A stretch of DNA of 63,548 bases, filler included, from Conidiobolus incongruus B7586 (taxonomy: Eukaryota), in the NCBI GenBank assembly GCA_000697335.1. It is 8 parts of 8 records of this genome, joined end to end, with 100 filler letters (N's around TTAATTAATTAA, not from the genome) between each part and the next. Parts side by side here need not be neighbours in the genome. Positions count along the whole stretch, not along the records: positions 1 to 14,522 come from JNEM01000117.1; 7 more parts are not named here. One strand, written 5' to 3'. This document shows, piece after piece, positions 1 to 14,154 of this stretch. Positions within the stretch are counted from its first letter, which is position 1. Each line of letters begins with the position of its first letter. The notes beneath the pieces were generated by a model. The model ran no database searches and was not told the DNA's origin. It saw only the letters and a program-made list of their open reading frames with translations. A program made the translations under genes and the position numbers.

Positions 1-2911
1 ATTTATCAATATTAAATTTTTTTAATTAAAAATTTATATTCTTATTTTAATTTTATATTATTTTTAAATTATTATAGATATTTGTGAGGTTATTAATAAT
101 TAATTATTTAAGTTTATAATTAAACATTTTTATTTCAATAAGATTAATTAAATTTAATAATATAAAAATAGTCTTTCTAAATTAATTTCATCAAAATTAT
201 TAAATTATTCATAATTCTATATTTAATTTATATTGATATAGTTATTTTAATTTAAATATTAAGTAAATTATTAAAAATATTAACATGATTTTTATCTTTA
301 TTGGTATTTAATTTATTGAAAATATTTTCTTTATTTTCCAATCTTTTTAATAATCTTAACAAATCCATTTAGATTATTTGAAAATTACTAACCAGGTTGT
401 AAAAATATGAAATAGCTAAATCAATTATTAATGATATTTAGAATAGTTCAGATTTAATAAAAAAAAAGCTAGTTAATAGTATTATATAGTCATTATATAT
501 TCTTTAATATTTATCTCTTATTTAATTATATATAATATCTATATAAACGCTCTAATTATCAATAATTCAAATTTATTCGTTTTTTATAACAGAAAAATAA
601 TCAAGAACAATATTCCTGGATTATAAAATAATTTTATTAAATGAAAATATAATATATATAGGATAATAATCTAATAATCTAACTTGAAATAATTAATTAA
701 AGTTCATAAATGCCAAATATATAACTTTTATTTGAATAATCAGAATTAATATTCAAATTATTTAAATATATTAAAATATTTAATTAAAGGAAATTTTAAT
801 ATACCCTCATTAGATATAATGATAGAAATGAATTTAATTTAATGAAAAATAGTTAATTAATTATTAAATTAATGTAAATGAATTTTAGCCAACATATGAA
901 TAATATTATATATATATATAACGAGAGTAAACTAATAAATATATTAATTTGATAAATTTGGTTTAAGTGTATTTCTAAATCAAAGTTGGTTTTAATAATT
1001 ATATTTATAGAAATTAATATTTATTAATATATTTTAACATCTATCATTATGAACAGAAAAGAATTTTAATGAAATATTACCAAAGGAAAATTTTGATTTG
1101 ATGTTAATAATCATTTTATTCAGACTAAAAATGCAAATCAACAATGTATTATTCTTATCAATAACAAAAGATTAAATTAATAAAATTATGCTCTACAATT
1201 ACTGCAATTATTACAATCCTTGTAATATTTCAGTAATTAGATAAAAAAGTAAATAATTTAAATAATTATGTCATTGGAAGAAATAAAATATTATCAAGTC
1301 TTATATATAAATTGAGAATTGCAAATATGAATGAGAAATTTATTTAATAAAAATTTAATCATAATCTTATCATATTTAATTCTTATTTTAATATACCCAT
1401 ATTTTGAATTATTGTTTTAAGATAAAATTTTACAAATTTAACTATGTAGTTTTAGTTAAGGTAAATTTTTATCACATATATTTAACAATTATTTGACATA
1501 TCAATTGCAGTATAATTTAATTAGTGCTAGGACAAATAATTGATTAGATCTCAGTTAAAATGATTTAACTTCATTATTGTATTTGGATTATAATGCAATT
1601 GCTAAAACGGATTTTGATGTTATTGAATTGCATATTTGAAGTCAATATTAAATAACTTAATATCACAGAATAAATAGGCTATAATACATTTGAATTGCTT
1701 TGATAATTTATTCTTTAATATATACCAGCATAGATTATTAGTTTATTTTGTTTTAATATAAATTTATTCACTAAATTTTGGTCAATTTATGTTATTACAT
1801 AAAAAGCGTCATAATCAATAAATTTATCAAAGGGAGAAGATATTAAGTTCTCTTTGATTCCAGATATTCAGAGGATAACATTTCATGTAGAAAAATTTTG
1901 GTAATCTATTTTCTAACTATTTATTTTAGACGCCACTTGTATAGTATTTAAATCCATTATTATCAGCTAAATTTTATTAAAACTTATTATCATTTTGTAT
2001 TAAAAAAATGAATACCATGAATTAATTGTTTAAAATCATTCATATTTGTACGAGATTCAATTTACCAAATCATATAATAAATGATTTTTAAGTAACTTGC
2101 CAAGTTTTTCAAATATTTTTAATGATCAACCTGGAAACTTTTCTAATTGATTACTATTATCATCATCTCTATACATTACAAAAACCAGCTTTGACAATGT
2201 TGGACAAATTTTCCCAATCCAAAGGCTACGTGAGCGATTTTTATTCCAATTATTGAAACAAAAAATTATCTCTAATTTTAAATGTATTTTAATCTAAATT
2301 TAGTAATTCAATTATTGGATCAATTGGTAATATAAAGGTTTATATTTTGTTGCTTTATGGTGTTTATATATAATAATACTAACCATTTTTAGAACCCATG
2401 TCCATAATTATAGATTAATATAAATTCAAACTCTAATGAAAACTTCAAGCATTTTTCAACAAGTTAGTATAATGATAAAAATGAGTTTAATATGTATATT
2501 TTGCAATCGAAATCCAATTATCCAAATTTATATAAATCAATTTCCAAAAATAAAATTTGCCATATCATATTTAAAAGGATTGAATGGTAACTAAAAATAA
2601 ATGAACGTACATAATAAATGCTATTAGCGTCATCAATGAATCTGATAAAACAATTGATATCACAATATTTTAAATAGATCTGATAATTCAAAAATTAAGA
2701 TATCTTTAGATCAAAGTATTTAATTTTAAATGAATGAGACCAATAAGAAAACAAATAATAATATAGTAAAACTATTACATACTGTTATCTATTAATTCAA
2801 TATCTCAATTTCAAAAAATTTAATTTTCGATATTATTGTTTTTTGGAAATACACTTTGTAATTTTGGAGAATGAAAATTTATTAGAATGGAATGTATTGA
2901 TAACAATCTGA

Positions 2912-2921
2912 ATCCCATAAT
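2912..2921 (+). promoter_or_regulatory. Recurrent upstream motif ATCCCATAAT (PPR gene)
   Basis: Exact 10-mer 153 nt upstream of ATG 3074, sense orientation. Confidence 0.6.
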
Positions 2922-3073
2922 TTATAAAAATTATTTATATGTTAATTGAAGCTTGGACTATATGTCTGGAATGATAATATAATATTACTAATTATAGTTA
3001 ATATGATATTATAATAATAATTTCATTATTTAAATTCAATACAGTAAATAATCTTGGGACACAATTAAATTTA

Positions 3074-5199
3074 ATGTTATTAAGATTAACTAAGTTGGTA
3101 CCCATCAAGAGGGCAACCGCCACTTTACCCAAATATTCCACATTTTCATTTGTTGAAAAGTCTGAAAAACCCAGTCAAAACCTTTGAACGGGTTACTGAT
3201 TAACGTTCCCAGCCTCAAGCAATTTCAACTGGGTCTGGAGCTTAGTAAATTTAAATTATTAAACGAGGAAAATCCAGAAGTTATTAAAAAATTGGCAAAT
3301 AACCACTTGATAAAATTGATAAAGAATGCTATTTTGGCTGTGGAGTATCAATCTTCAGTGGGACCTCACAAAGAGCCAAGAAAAACTTATAAACGACTTT
3401 CTGATTATATCAATTTTGTGAGTGATATATTATTAACTGACACAACTCGAGTCAAATGTTTGAAGATGGAAGACTTGAACACATTGCTTGCTGCATTGAG
3501 AAGAATTCCACCAGCTGGGCAGTTCCAACTTGAATTCAAGATCAACCACTGGCTAGAATTCATATTCAACAATCATCTTTACAAAAGTGGGTACAATCAG
3601 GATACTGTCCAGCATTTGATGGCCATAATTTTTAAGTCTCAAAACACACTAAACATGCACTCCAAATTAGTCAAGTATTTAATCAGGGATAATTTCGCAA
3701 TTAATGCCCAAAGTGCTTATTATTTTATCAGTAGATTGCGTTATTATAACCAAACTGAAATGATCAACACATTTTATAATCATTTGACCTCCAAACATCC
3801 TAAATGCATGACTTCAAAGGTTTACCATGAATTGATCAAATTCGCATGCAATCGTAAAGACATGGCCACTGCAGAAGACCTTATTGACAAAATGAAAGAA
3901 AACAAAATGGAAATCGACCATACCACATATATAGCATTAATTCATGGTTACGGAAATATTCATAAACATGATAAAATGTTGAAAATTTTAGAAGAGTTGC
4001 AAGCTTCTAATTCCAAGTTGGACAGACCTCTAGGTCCCGTTCAAATCGCTATTAAATATCTAACCATTTCCAAAGATAATTTGTCATTGATTGAAAAATT
4101 GATTCAAAACTACAAAACTGAAATATCTAATTTGGATTATTGCAATATGATGATTCAGTACTATTTACTACTCAGAAATGAATTTTCTCAAGTTTGGGAC
4201 ATTTTAGACCAAATGAAAGCTAATGAAATCTTACCCGATATCAATACTTACGAACCTATCTTATCCTATTATATCAAACGCTATGATTTCCACCAAACTG
4301 CAAAAGTATTCGACCATATCCAAATTACATTGAGCCAATTACCAAAGAATGAGAAATTTGAAATGAAAAAAATGCTTGAAAAGTGCTTGAATCGAATGAT
4401 TCGTCTCGCATGTCAACAGGGAAAACTCAGAATCGGACACCTACTTATCTCCAAGGCCAAATGCGTACGCGTCAAACTATCACCAGTCAACTTCATTCCC
4501 CTGATGGAACGCTACCGCGAATCTAGATTTTTCAACCAAGTTTACCAAATTTATGAAGAATTGTCAACCAAATACAAATTTGGATTCAATACTCTTGCTT
4601 TCGACATCTATCTGAAGACTTTGTACGACGATTCAAAAATGCAAGTAGCACATGATGAATTCTTCAAAATTTTTCGTCAGGGTCATTATCAAATTGGGGA
4701 GAGGGATCTCTTAACACACTGTTACGGAATTGGCCAGTGTGGCAATCTCCAAACCCTCATAGATTTCTTCAATAATCCATTGATAAAACCTCACTTTCAA
4801 ATTACGACAGATTGCTACAACGCTCTACTCCAAGGTTATTTCCAAAAAGCCAAATTGGACGACATACTCACTCTTGTACATCATAAGGACTTCCAAATCA
4901 ATGACACTTCTCTAGCCATATTCCTCAACGGCTTCTGCAATATGAATCTTTATAGCATGGCCATCGATCTGTTCAATATAATTAAGGATTCCCAAGATGG
5001 CCAATTCCGTTCCAATATTCAATTCCTCGAACCAGTGATGAACTCATACTATGAAACTCGCAAATATAAAGAATTCATTGAAATGTTTGAAAATAATTAT
5101 ATTAAGCAAATAGAATCGAAACCCGATATGAGATTGTTTTTACCATATCTTACAGCTTGTAATTCAGTTAGTAAGGAAACAATCAAGGTAAAATTTTGA
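3074..5199 (+). CDS. Pentatricopeptide-repeat (PPR) protein, probably mitochondrial
   Basis: ORF 3184..5199 has PPR-like repeats (VYHELIKFAC..., TTYIALIHGYG..., NTYEPILSYY..., DCYNALLQGYF). ATG at 3074 encodes a basic presequence-like MLLRLTKLVPIKRATATLPKYSTF. A 53-nt intron 3160..3212 (GTCTGA...ACTGATTAAC...CCCAG) would join it in frame. Confidence 0.85.
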
Positions 5200-5699
5200 A
5201 GAAACTTATTAACCCTTAACATCAGAAATAAATCTTAAAAAATTTTCAATCAAAAAAATTATGTATATATTTTAACAACTTAATATATTTTTCTAATATT
5301 AAAAAAATTTTTAAAATTTTAATAAATTAAAATTTATTAATATATCAATTTAGAAAGAGAAAAAAAATGACAAATTTTTTAATTTTTTATTTTTCAAAAA
5401 TATTGTTAGTTTAAAAAAATTTAATTTATAAATATATTATATGTAAAAGAATTAAAATTTTAAAACTATATATATATATATATTATTCATAATTATTTTT
5501 ACATTGAAAAATTTTTGTTTAAAGTTGAATTTAATTATATTTAATTTATCATTAATAAAAATTTTAAATTTAATATTATTAAACTCAACTACAAACACTT
5601 TAAAATTATTTAAGATTTGTAATCAGTTTATAAAAATAATATTTTGTTTAAAACTACCATATATTATTATATTTGTTATTTTAAAGCTAATAGGGATAT

Positions 5700-6478
5700 T
5701 ATTTAAAATTTACCAAAATTTAAAAGATTAATTTTATTATTCCTTTTAAATTTATAAAATAATCATATTGAAATCATATTTTTGTTTTTGCTAAAATATT
5801 ATTAAAACAATTTAAAATTAATTATACAAGTAGTATATATATATAATTATAAGTTTGGTTTAATTGATAAAAATATAAAATAATAATCTAAAAATCTAAT
5901 AATTTAATAAAATCTTTTTTTAACTTATTATAATTTATATATCTTAAATTCTTTTATATAATCTTTTATTTAAAAACAATTTAAAATAAAAAGTTAAAAT
6001 AACTCACTTAATAAATTTTAATAAACAAGTATTTTATTTATAAATAAAAATTAATTATTTTAATAAATTATAATGTTATATAGTTTTTTATTTAGGTTTT
6101 AAAATGAATTTATAATTAATAATAATTTATATTTTTATAAATAAAACTATTTTTAATTGGTATTCTTAATATCATTTAAATACTCTTACTATTTATGTTA
6201 ATTGTAAAATACATAAAATTAAAGTTATAAAAAATTTCTATATTTAAAGAATTAAAAACTACCATATTTAAAATATTCATTAGATTATAACTTAAATAAT
6301 TTTAATTGCTTTAGGTAATTAAAAAATATATTTATTAAAAAGAAAATTCCTTTAATCAAATTTAATTAATTTATAAAATACCAGATCTTAGTTTTTAATA
6401 AAAAATATCTTTTTTAAGTGTTAGAAATTTACCAAAAATACATCAAATAGTTATTAATAATAAATGAAAATATTGATT
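5700..6478 (+). mobile_element. Degenerate Tc1/mariner transposase relic (copy 1)
   Basis: Hand translation 6188-6478 gives YVNCKIH (cf. HDNARPH), LPYLKYSLDYNLNNF (cf. LPHPPYSPDLAPSDF) and RNLPKIHQIVINNK*KY (cf. LPERWQKVIDNxGxY), with stops and frameshifts. 5' boundary approximate. Confidence 0.6.
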
Positions 6479-6933
6479 TTATATTATTTATTTTTGTATA
6501 TCATATATTAAAAATTATATTTAATTTTTATATTAATATTTCATTTTTTGAAAAAAAAACAAAAATTTATTTAAAATAAATGATTGGATTAAATTCATTA
6601 ATTTTGGAGATATTGATTCAATGTAATGAATTAAAACTATTGGTAAAGCTAAAAGGGATAAATAATTCAAAAATAATGAAGCAGTGAGAATTGATAAATT
6701 ATAAATTACTTATGGTAATTATCAATTTAATAAGAATAAATTTATTATTAGACTTTTTTTGGTAATATTCATTGAAATAAAACAAAGTAAAAGTTTATAT
6801 TAAATATTGAAAAATAAAATAATAAAATTTTTAACAATTATTAAATTTATTAAAAAATACATAAATATAATGAGTTAAAAAAATAAATTATAAATAATTT
6901 ACTTAATAATATATAAATACTCAGTTAATAAAT

Positions 6934-9900
6934 TTATGATAATTCAAATCCAGAACCAGAATTAATGGCGTAGATCAATTTTTCTTTCAATATATCTCTA
7001 CTGGTGAAGACTGGAAGCTTCAATAAATTCACACAGGTAGATGCAGTGGGCAATCGACTGTCGTCTGCTTCGGAGCTGCGGATGCAGAGTGGGGGATTGA
7101 GCTGCGAGAACCCGAGCATTGGTGGTCTGGGACACGATGTAATGAATTCGAGGAGTTTCGCACGCTCTTCTTGAGTGAATTCTTCGACAACATCCCAGAA
7201 TGCTAAAATCACCGGATGATACTGGTCGTAAACGCCGCTATATGTTGTGTTCTTTTTGAAGTCTTCAATGTCGATTGGCTGCGTTTGACCTCCTACTAAT
7301 AGTTGGAGTTCAGTCGCATGGAAGAGTTTCAGCCAATTGGGATGGATTAAATCATTGAGGCCTTTTAAAAATGCAGCACTTTGTCGTCGAATTTGTCGAT
7401 TGAGACGGTAGTCAGCGACCAAATAGGTGTATTTGATGCGATTTTCTTTAGTCACGGGTGTATTGATACCATTTGGAATCAATTCAACAGTAGAGGTTTC
7501 TCCAAACTCTTGATTGGATAGAGTGAAATTTAGTCCAAAATCTGCCTCTACATCCCCGGTATATCCTTTGAGAACTTTGAGGCCTCGATAAAGTTCAGGA
7601 TCCAAAGAGGGTAGATCATTAAAGTAACTTTGCTGGCCAAGCCACTTGGCAACGAAAAATCGAGCTAATGGAGCATTCACAAGGATCCCTTCATAGAGGG
7701 CCTTACCTACAATTCGTCCAAGGAATTCGTAAAATGGAAGCTGAGACTCCTGGCTTGCATACATATGGGGATTAGGATACAAGTATCTTTGGGGAGTGTG
7801 TAAAAAGAGTCCGTAGTTTGTATCGAAAGCCTGCTTAATCACACTATTCAAGAATTCTTTAAAAACTCCTCCTCCATCAATGCCAATTTCTGGAAGACCT
7901 AATTCACTGATGAATTCGATTTTAATCAAACCCTTCATTCTACTGCCGAGATGATTGAGTTTAAGGAAGCCGTCATCGAATGCTCTACCGCGACGAACGC
8001 GAGCAACCTGCTGGCTAGAATGGAAATCAAAGTATTGGGGAGGGATAGTCTCTTTGTCAAATTCAATAATTTTACTGAAGATCATGACTCTTTCCTTGAA
8101 TGGCAATGTAAATGGAATATTTTTCAATAGTGATAACATTGAAGAGTGTCTCTTAGTTTCTGTGGTTTCACGTTGTTCTTCAGAGTTTTGAGAATCTAAA
8201 AACAGTTCCCGAGCTGCATTAGCATAAAAAACGTTGGCCAAATCCGAGTTCCATCGAGCTACCCAGAAATCTTCACCAGTAAAATTGGATCTCGAATCAC
8301 GATCGTAGAGTTGACCAACTAGTTTTGTCAATTTCTTTCGAATCCAACTCCATGTTATACCCATTCCTTCGATAGGAGTTTTCAAATCAATTTGAGATTC
8401 GTTCCAGTAGAGATAAAAGGTGACATTTCTTAATACTACTGTGAGATTGAGAAGATGATGTAGTTTAAGATTTAAAAGATCTGTTACGGATTCCTCATCT
8501 CCAATAGCAACCATATGTTGACTTAAGCACTCAGATAACAGTACAAGAGTAACCCAATTCTTGATATTTGAAGAATTCTTAAATAATTCGGAATGGATCG
8601 TCTTCTCAGTACAAATTGTATGTATATTTAAACTGGTCCAATAGTCATAGAGCCTCTTAATTAAATTGATATTGGAGAAATTTACATTGTACAAAAGGTT
8701 AGAAATAAGCTCCCTTGATATAGATGGCCACTTAAAGAGTAATATTGTAACAAACTCACTAAATTCAATGAGAGATTCATCTTGCGTATCAATATGTAAA
8801 GTCAAAGTTCGAAGGGTTTTGGTAGAAGCCAAGAATAATTTGATATGATTTAAGATATCTGGATTCACAAATACCTTCTCAGGTAAATTGACAAGTTTGG
8901 GTTTAATAGAGTTAGTTTTAGTTGTATTTGAGGTCAACTCTTCAAAGTCTTCATTATCAGAGAATGTTTCTTCTTGTGATAGTTCATATTGCAAAAGTTC
9001 ATACTCATTTTGAGAAGTAATAAAACTAGACTCAAATGGTAGGTTAAGGACAATAATTTTAAATAAATTAATTAAAATATCCTAATAAAATAAATGAGTA
9101 GGGGTCAAATTTTAATAATATTTTGACTTACCGTATTTTTCAATGAAGAAGTTATATTCTGGAAATTGATTAAATTTGATAAATTATGAACCATATATAC
9201 TTTATCGAGTCCTGAGATTGACGATTGTTGAATCACATGTATGAATGATTCTATTAAGGTTATTACAGAATTGGATTGAATTAACTTGATTTGAAATGAA
9301 TTAAATACATTTTGAAAGTATGTGTTAGTCATATTCAAGGTTAAGATATCGGTACAAAAATGGTTGAAATAATTCACCTTGGAATTATTATCGAATTTTG
9401 CATCTAGTGGAATAGAAAAAAAATCTGTGAAATAAGGTTCAGCCTATAAAATAGTATAAGTTTTATATAATCAATATCAATTTTAAATATTAAATTTACC
9501 TCTTTTCGTTCGATTAGATTTTTAATATAATTAAAAATTTTGAAATCCAAGCATGTTTGTACTAATTCTAAAAGAATATTTTGGTCTTCGAGGTTGAATA
9601 CTCCTTGGAGAATCTTAATAATAAATAAAAATTGATCCCTCAAAATTGTAGGCTGTAACAAGATATATCTTATCAATCTACTGACGATTGAATTCCATCC
9701 AAAACTATTTGCAGATTGAAAAGGTGAAAATATAAAGAGCTGGGAGTCCTTTTCGAAGTTGGAGATTTCAATAACACGAGGTAAATGAGTTGATAATAAA
9801 TTAAGATATTCAGTATTAGGATTTTTTAATAACCAATTAGGATGTGGAAAAGATAAACAGAACGAGCGAAGATAAATTTGAAATTCTGTTACATTCTGCG

Positions 9901-10188
9901 GAGTGGTATAAGACTGAAATAGTTCATATTGCTCTTTTTGTATATTTCGTTTGAATAAATATTTCCTTGTTGCATTCTAAATATTAAAATTAAGAATTAT
10001 AAATAAAAATTAAATTATTTGAAATATACTTGAATTTTTTTAGAAGCATCATTTTGAACTCTCTGCTCATTACGTAATCGTCTCTGTTCCCTAGCTTGTT
10101 CCAAAAGAGATTGCTTACTCTGATTGTGACGATCGCCCCCTAGATTGATACTTCTTTTAGGTTTAAAGTCCCCATCAAATGAGTACAT
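6934..10188 (-). CDS. HUL5: HECT E3 ubiquitin ligase, UBE3B/UBE3C/Hul5 family
   Basis: N-terminus MYSFDGDFKPKRSINLGG...IQ (family-typical start with IQ motif) from ATG 10188. C-terminal HECT domain has GIDGGGVFKEF, LPTASTCVNLLKLP (catalytic Cys) and ends GFELS. Predicted introns 10029..9977, 9499..9444, 9131..9082. Confidence 0.93.
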
Positions 10189-10333
10189 GGTAATTTAAAG
10201 ACAATTCAATTTTATTAAAAAGATAATTAGTTGTAATATTAATTGTTTTTCGTGATTTTAGATATTATTACTAATTACAAGGATCGGTATTTGGTGTATT
10301 TATACTATGATATCATCCATCGTATGCTCAAAA

Positions 10334-10343
10334 ATTATGGGAT
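10334..10343 (-). promoter_or_regulatory. Recurrent upstream motif ATCCCATAAT (HECT gene)
   Basis: ATTATGGGAT on + strand, 146 nt upstream of ATG 10188. Confidence 0.6.
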
Positions 10344-10899
10344 TGATTATCATCATCAACTCAATTAATAATATGCCTTTATCTTGATCACTTGTTACCA
10401 TTTTGTTAAAATATAATATAAAATAATATGATAATATATTTGATACATTATTTCATTAATAAAGATTGAATTTATTATAGATTTTTCTAACGTGGCTTAT
10501 AATCTGTTAACAAAATAAGAATAATAATTTATTTTCTAATAATAAATAGGAGATTCTATTCATTTAAATCAAATTTTGGAATTTATATAAATATATATAT
10601 CTATATATTAACATTATTCGTAAAACGGAATAATTATCATATAAAATTTAATTAACAAACAATATATAGCTTGAATTAAATTTTTAAATATTTATAAAGG
10701 TTCTTTAATTTATAATTTATTATCATATTTGATAGTTTTAATTTAGTTTCAATAATATGTATTGAAAAAATTATATTAAATAAAAATTTATCATGAAATT
10801 AATAAAATATATTTTTATTAAACTGCTAAATAATATAACCAAATTTACTTGGAATTTTGTATTCATGATAATAATCTCTAACTGAGACTATAAATTCAT

Positions 10900-12215
10900 T
10901 GATCAATTATTCTAATATATTAAATAATAATAACTCTAGGATGATTTTTCGAAGTTATTAATGAATTCTTGCAATAAATATATGACACTATCACAATAAA
11001 TAGGCTATAATTTTCATATAGTCACCCAATAAGCTCTTTGAAAAATAGACTTTATGATTTAAATACTTATCATTGTTATAATGAATCTCCAAAAATAAAG
11101 AGTATCAAATTCTGTAATTTAACAAGCCATGAATGAGAACACAACCTTTTTGAATCAAATAACAAGAAAATTTATCATTCTTGAAGTTAATTTCAAAAAT
11201 GAATGTGAAATTTTCTAATGGCGAACTCTATTCGAATTTTCTAATTTATTACTATAAAATAATAAAAATAATGTTTAAAAGTTGAAAATCATGTAATACC
11301 TATAAATCAATATTTTTTTTCATTTTCATTAATAAATTATCTGCTATGATTTATTGGTTCAAATTATAACTTTATTTCAATGTTCGAAATATTCAAATTT
11401 AATTACTATTCCATGTTCAATATTATTTCCATATGCAAGGTTTGATATGGATTGATCAATGATTGTTCCAAATAAAATAAATGATTTATAACCAGAAAAA
11501 AATATTTTTTGTTATCATGATTCTATTACAATTAAAGGTAAACAATCTGAATTTTTTTGACATATGAAAAATTATTATTAATGCTTAATCAAGGGTTCGA
11601 TAATATACAATTTAAATATGTTTTTCACCCAGAATTAAGCATTAGATAAATAAATTATACTGTTAGTGAAATGTATTATATAGAGTTAATAACTCATTAA
11701 TGATAAACTTGAATTTTCATGTAAAATACTACCATCAATGTTAGATATATTCAATATTCGGATCTTTTATCCTGGAATGAATAGGGCCACATCCCAAATT
11801 TTATTAATAAGAATAATAATTTATAATTCAAATTCAATTTATATTTATATTATCTAAAGTCAAAATATTCAATATAGACAATGTCAATTAAATATATCAA
11901 CTTTACAAATGGTTTAAATTGCAATTATTAATATTCGATGATATAAAGGCATTCAATCTTCTTTTCAGAATGCACTCATTATATTGATTAAATTTTCATT
12001 TGAATTGTATAATATAATGAAATATATTTCCAAATATATTATGTCAAAATTAAACTAAATAAAATTGGTGTAATATTTACTTCAAAATACATTGCTTGAT
12101 ATATCTATTTTTCAATTTTTCTCGATATTTCAACAGTTCTATAGTTTTGCAAAATAAATAATTAATACTAAAAATCGCAATCTCCAAACTTGGAATTAAT
12201 TGTTTGATGTGACAT
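10900..12215 (-). pseudogene. Possible decayed F-box/LRR-like gene
   Basis: Broken minus-strand frames from ATG ~12215 give fragments such as ELLKYREKLKN and LCSHSWLVKLQNLIL, with many stops. Family assignment is by resemblance only. Confidence 0.3.
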
Positions 12216-12408
12216 TAATACTAATTAGATCCCTCTTAAATACAGCAAAACATCCTCATAAACTGTAATGTTTGTTGTATGAATCAATTAGAGTAATATT
12301 TAATTAGATTTTTGATGAAAGTAAACAAAGTGATAAAGTTAAAAATAAAATAGTAAGATCAAAATCTAAATAGCTTATTTCTTTCTATTTTTCTAATATA
12401 TCAATAAA

Positions 12409-14050
12409 ATGACTCAATTTCGTCAATATTCAGAATGTGCATCGTTTCAAGATGAAAATAAGATATTTTTATATTCCCAATGCTTCAATTCACGATCTTC
12501 AAATACTGAAATATCAAGAAAGTAAATTTCAAAGCCTTATCATCATATTCTGACTGGGAAATTTCAAAATGTTGTGAATATTATGAATAAATTGATAAAT
12601 CAAGCAACTCGTGCCTCCCTCAATACCCACCCAAGAGGAAATTTTCGCTGATGAAATCTTCTTTAGGATTTAATGAAGATTTGGGATTCTATAAAATCCT
12701 GTTAATGATGCATCACCTTATTCTGACTCTCCAAACTAGTTTGAATTCAATATTTAAGATAATTTTTATTATCTAACAGTATAATGAACCATTAATCCCT
12801 TATGCAATTGATTAGAACAACCATATTTATTAAAAGATATGGTGGAATTATACAAACTGTTTATTTTCCCTAGAAGCCTTATTTTATTTCTCAAGAAAGT
12901 TGATATCGTGCTAGAAAACAGATATGAATATATTTTGTTTTTATATGCAATATTAATTAGAGGTGAGTTTTTATGCAAATCTTTAGAGTTTAGCTCCAAT
13001 GAAGGATTTAATATATGAAGATTTTACTTTTATTATTGTTATAAATGTTATTTATCTAGGGTTGATAATATAACCCTAGTCTTAGTCCAATCTAGTCTTG
13101 TTGCCAATAGTTTAGAAATATATTTGGAATATACATCAGCTAATCTTACTACTATGCAAGCAATTTAATATGCTCAAACTCTCAATCTTCATGATCCAAC
13201 CCATACATCCTATCACGATGATAATATAGCATTAACAATAGAAAAGTATCTAATATGGACTAACTGCACCATGATTGGCTTCAAATTTTACTTTTACAAT
13301 AATACCATTTGAGCCTTGGAATATATTTGGCAAATTCCATTGGAAAAATTTAATGAAGCTCCGATTAAACTAAAAAAATGGGCGCAACATGTTCCAATCA
13401 TTGCCCACTTAACAAAGTGCATTTGCGAAGTGATTGAGTTTGATACTCCATTGGTAGCTGAGAATTTGTCAAATTAAAATATAGATTATGGTAAATTACG
13501 TTCATTCGATAAGCTCAAAAAGGAATCTATTGAATCGAAAATAACGAAGTAGGAGAATTATCTGTGAGCTATTTTCAAAGCAACCATTTAGAATTCAATC
13601 CCTATCATTGTGCACTTATTATGCAGTATACATTATATCACAGTTTGAAAATTATTTCCTGTGATTTATTCAATAAAATTTTGACATCAGGCAATGGTCG
13701 ATACCATGTATTGTGAAGTAATATTGAGATAACTATCCGCATCAAAGCTCTTAGCATTGGCCAACGAGAACCATGCTCTAACTATTATCACACATTCACA
13801 TATGCGCTATTTAGAAATGTCCCATTTCAGCATGGTATTGGCCTACTTCTATGCCTTACGTACGTTAGTTAATGGAAGTGTCCTCATCATTGAACAATGC
13901 GAGATTATATCCACTATTATCGATAAACTCAAATTAATATCACAATTCTGGTCAACAACTAAAGATCTATATGATAATATCATAACAGCTCTTAAAGATC
14001 AATATACATCCAATGCTCATCACAATATAAAATATTTTGAAATTGAATAA
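12409..14050 (+). pseudogene. Pseudogene of a fungal Zn(II)2Cys6-type transcription factor
   Basis: At 13154, MQAI*YAQTLNLHDP...IEKYLIW matches the AxRxAxxLGLH...ExRRxxW motif of the fungal-specific TF domain. Cys remnants (SEC, QCFN) follow ATG 12409. In-frame stops and frameshifts are present. ORF 13757..14050 would be the C-terminal remnant. Confidence 0.55.
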
Positions 14051-14154
14051 TAATTTTAATATCACTCCAGATTTTAAATAACAAGATTTTATATAGGTTA
14101 AATATAAATTAATATTTTAATATATAATTTACTAAAATAAGTATATAATATAAA

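Noticed and set aside
3165..3187. Programmed -1 frameshift in the PPR gene
   Set aside because: No canonical X XXY YYZ slippery heptamer in frame; an intron or homopolymer error is simpler.
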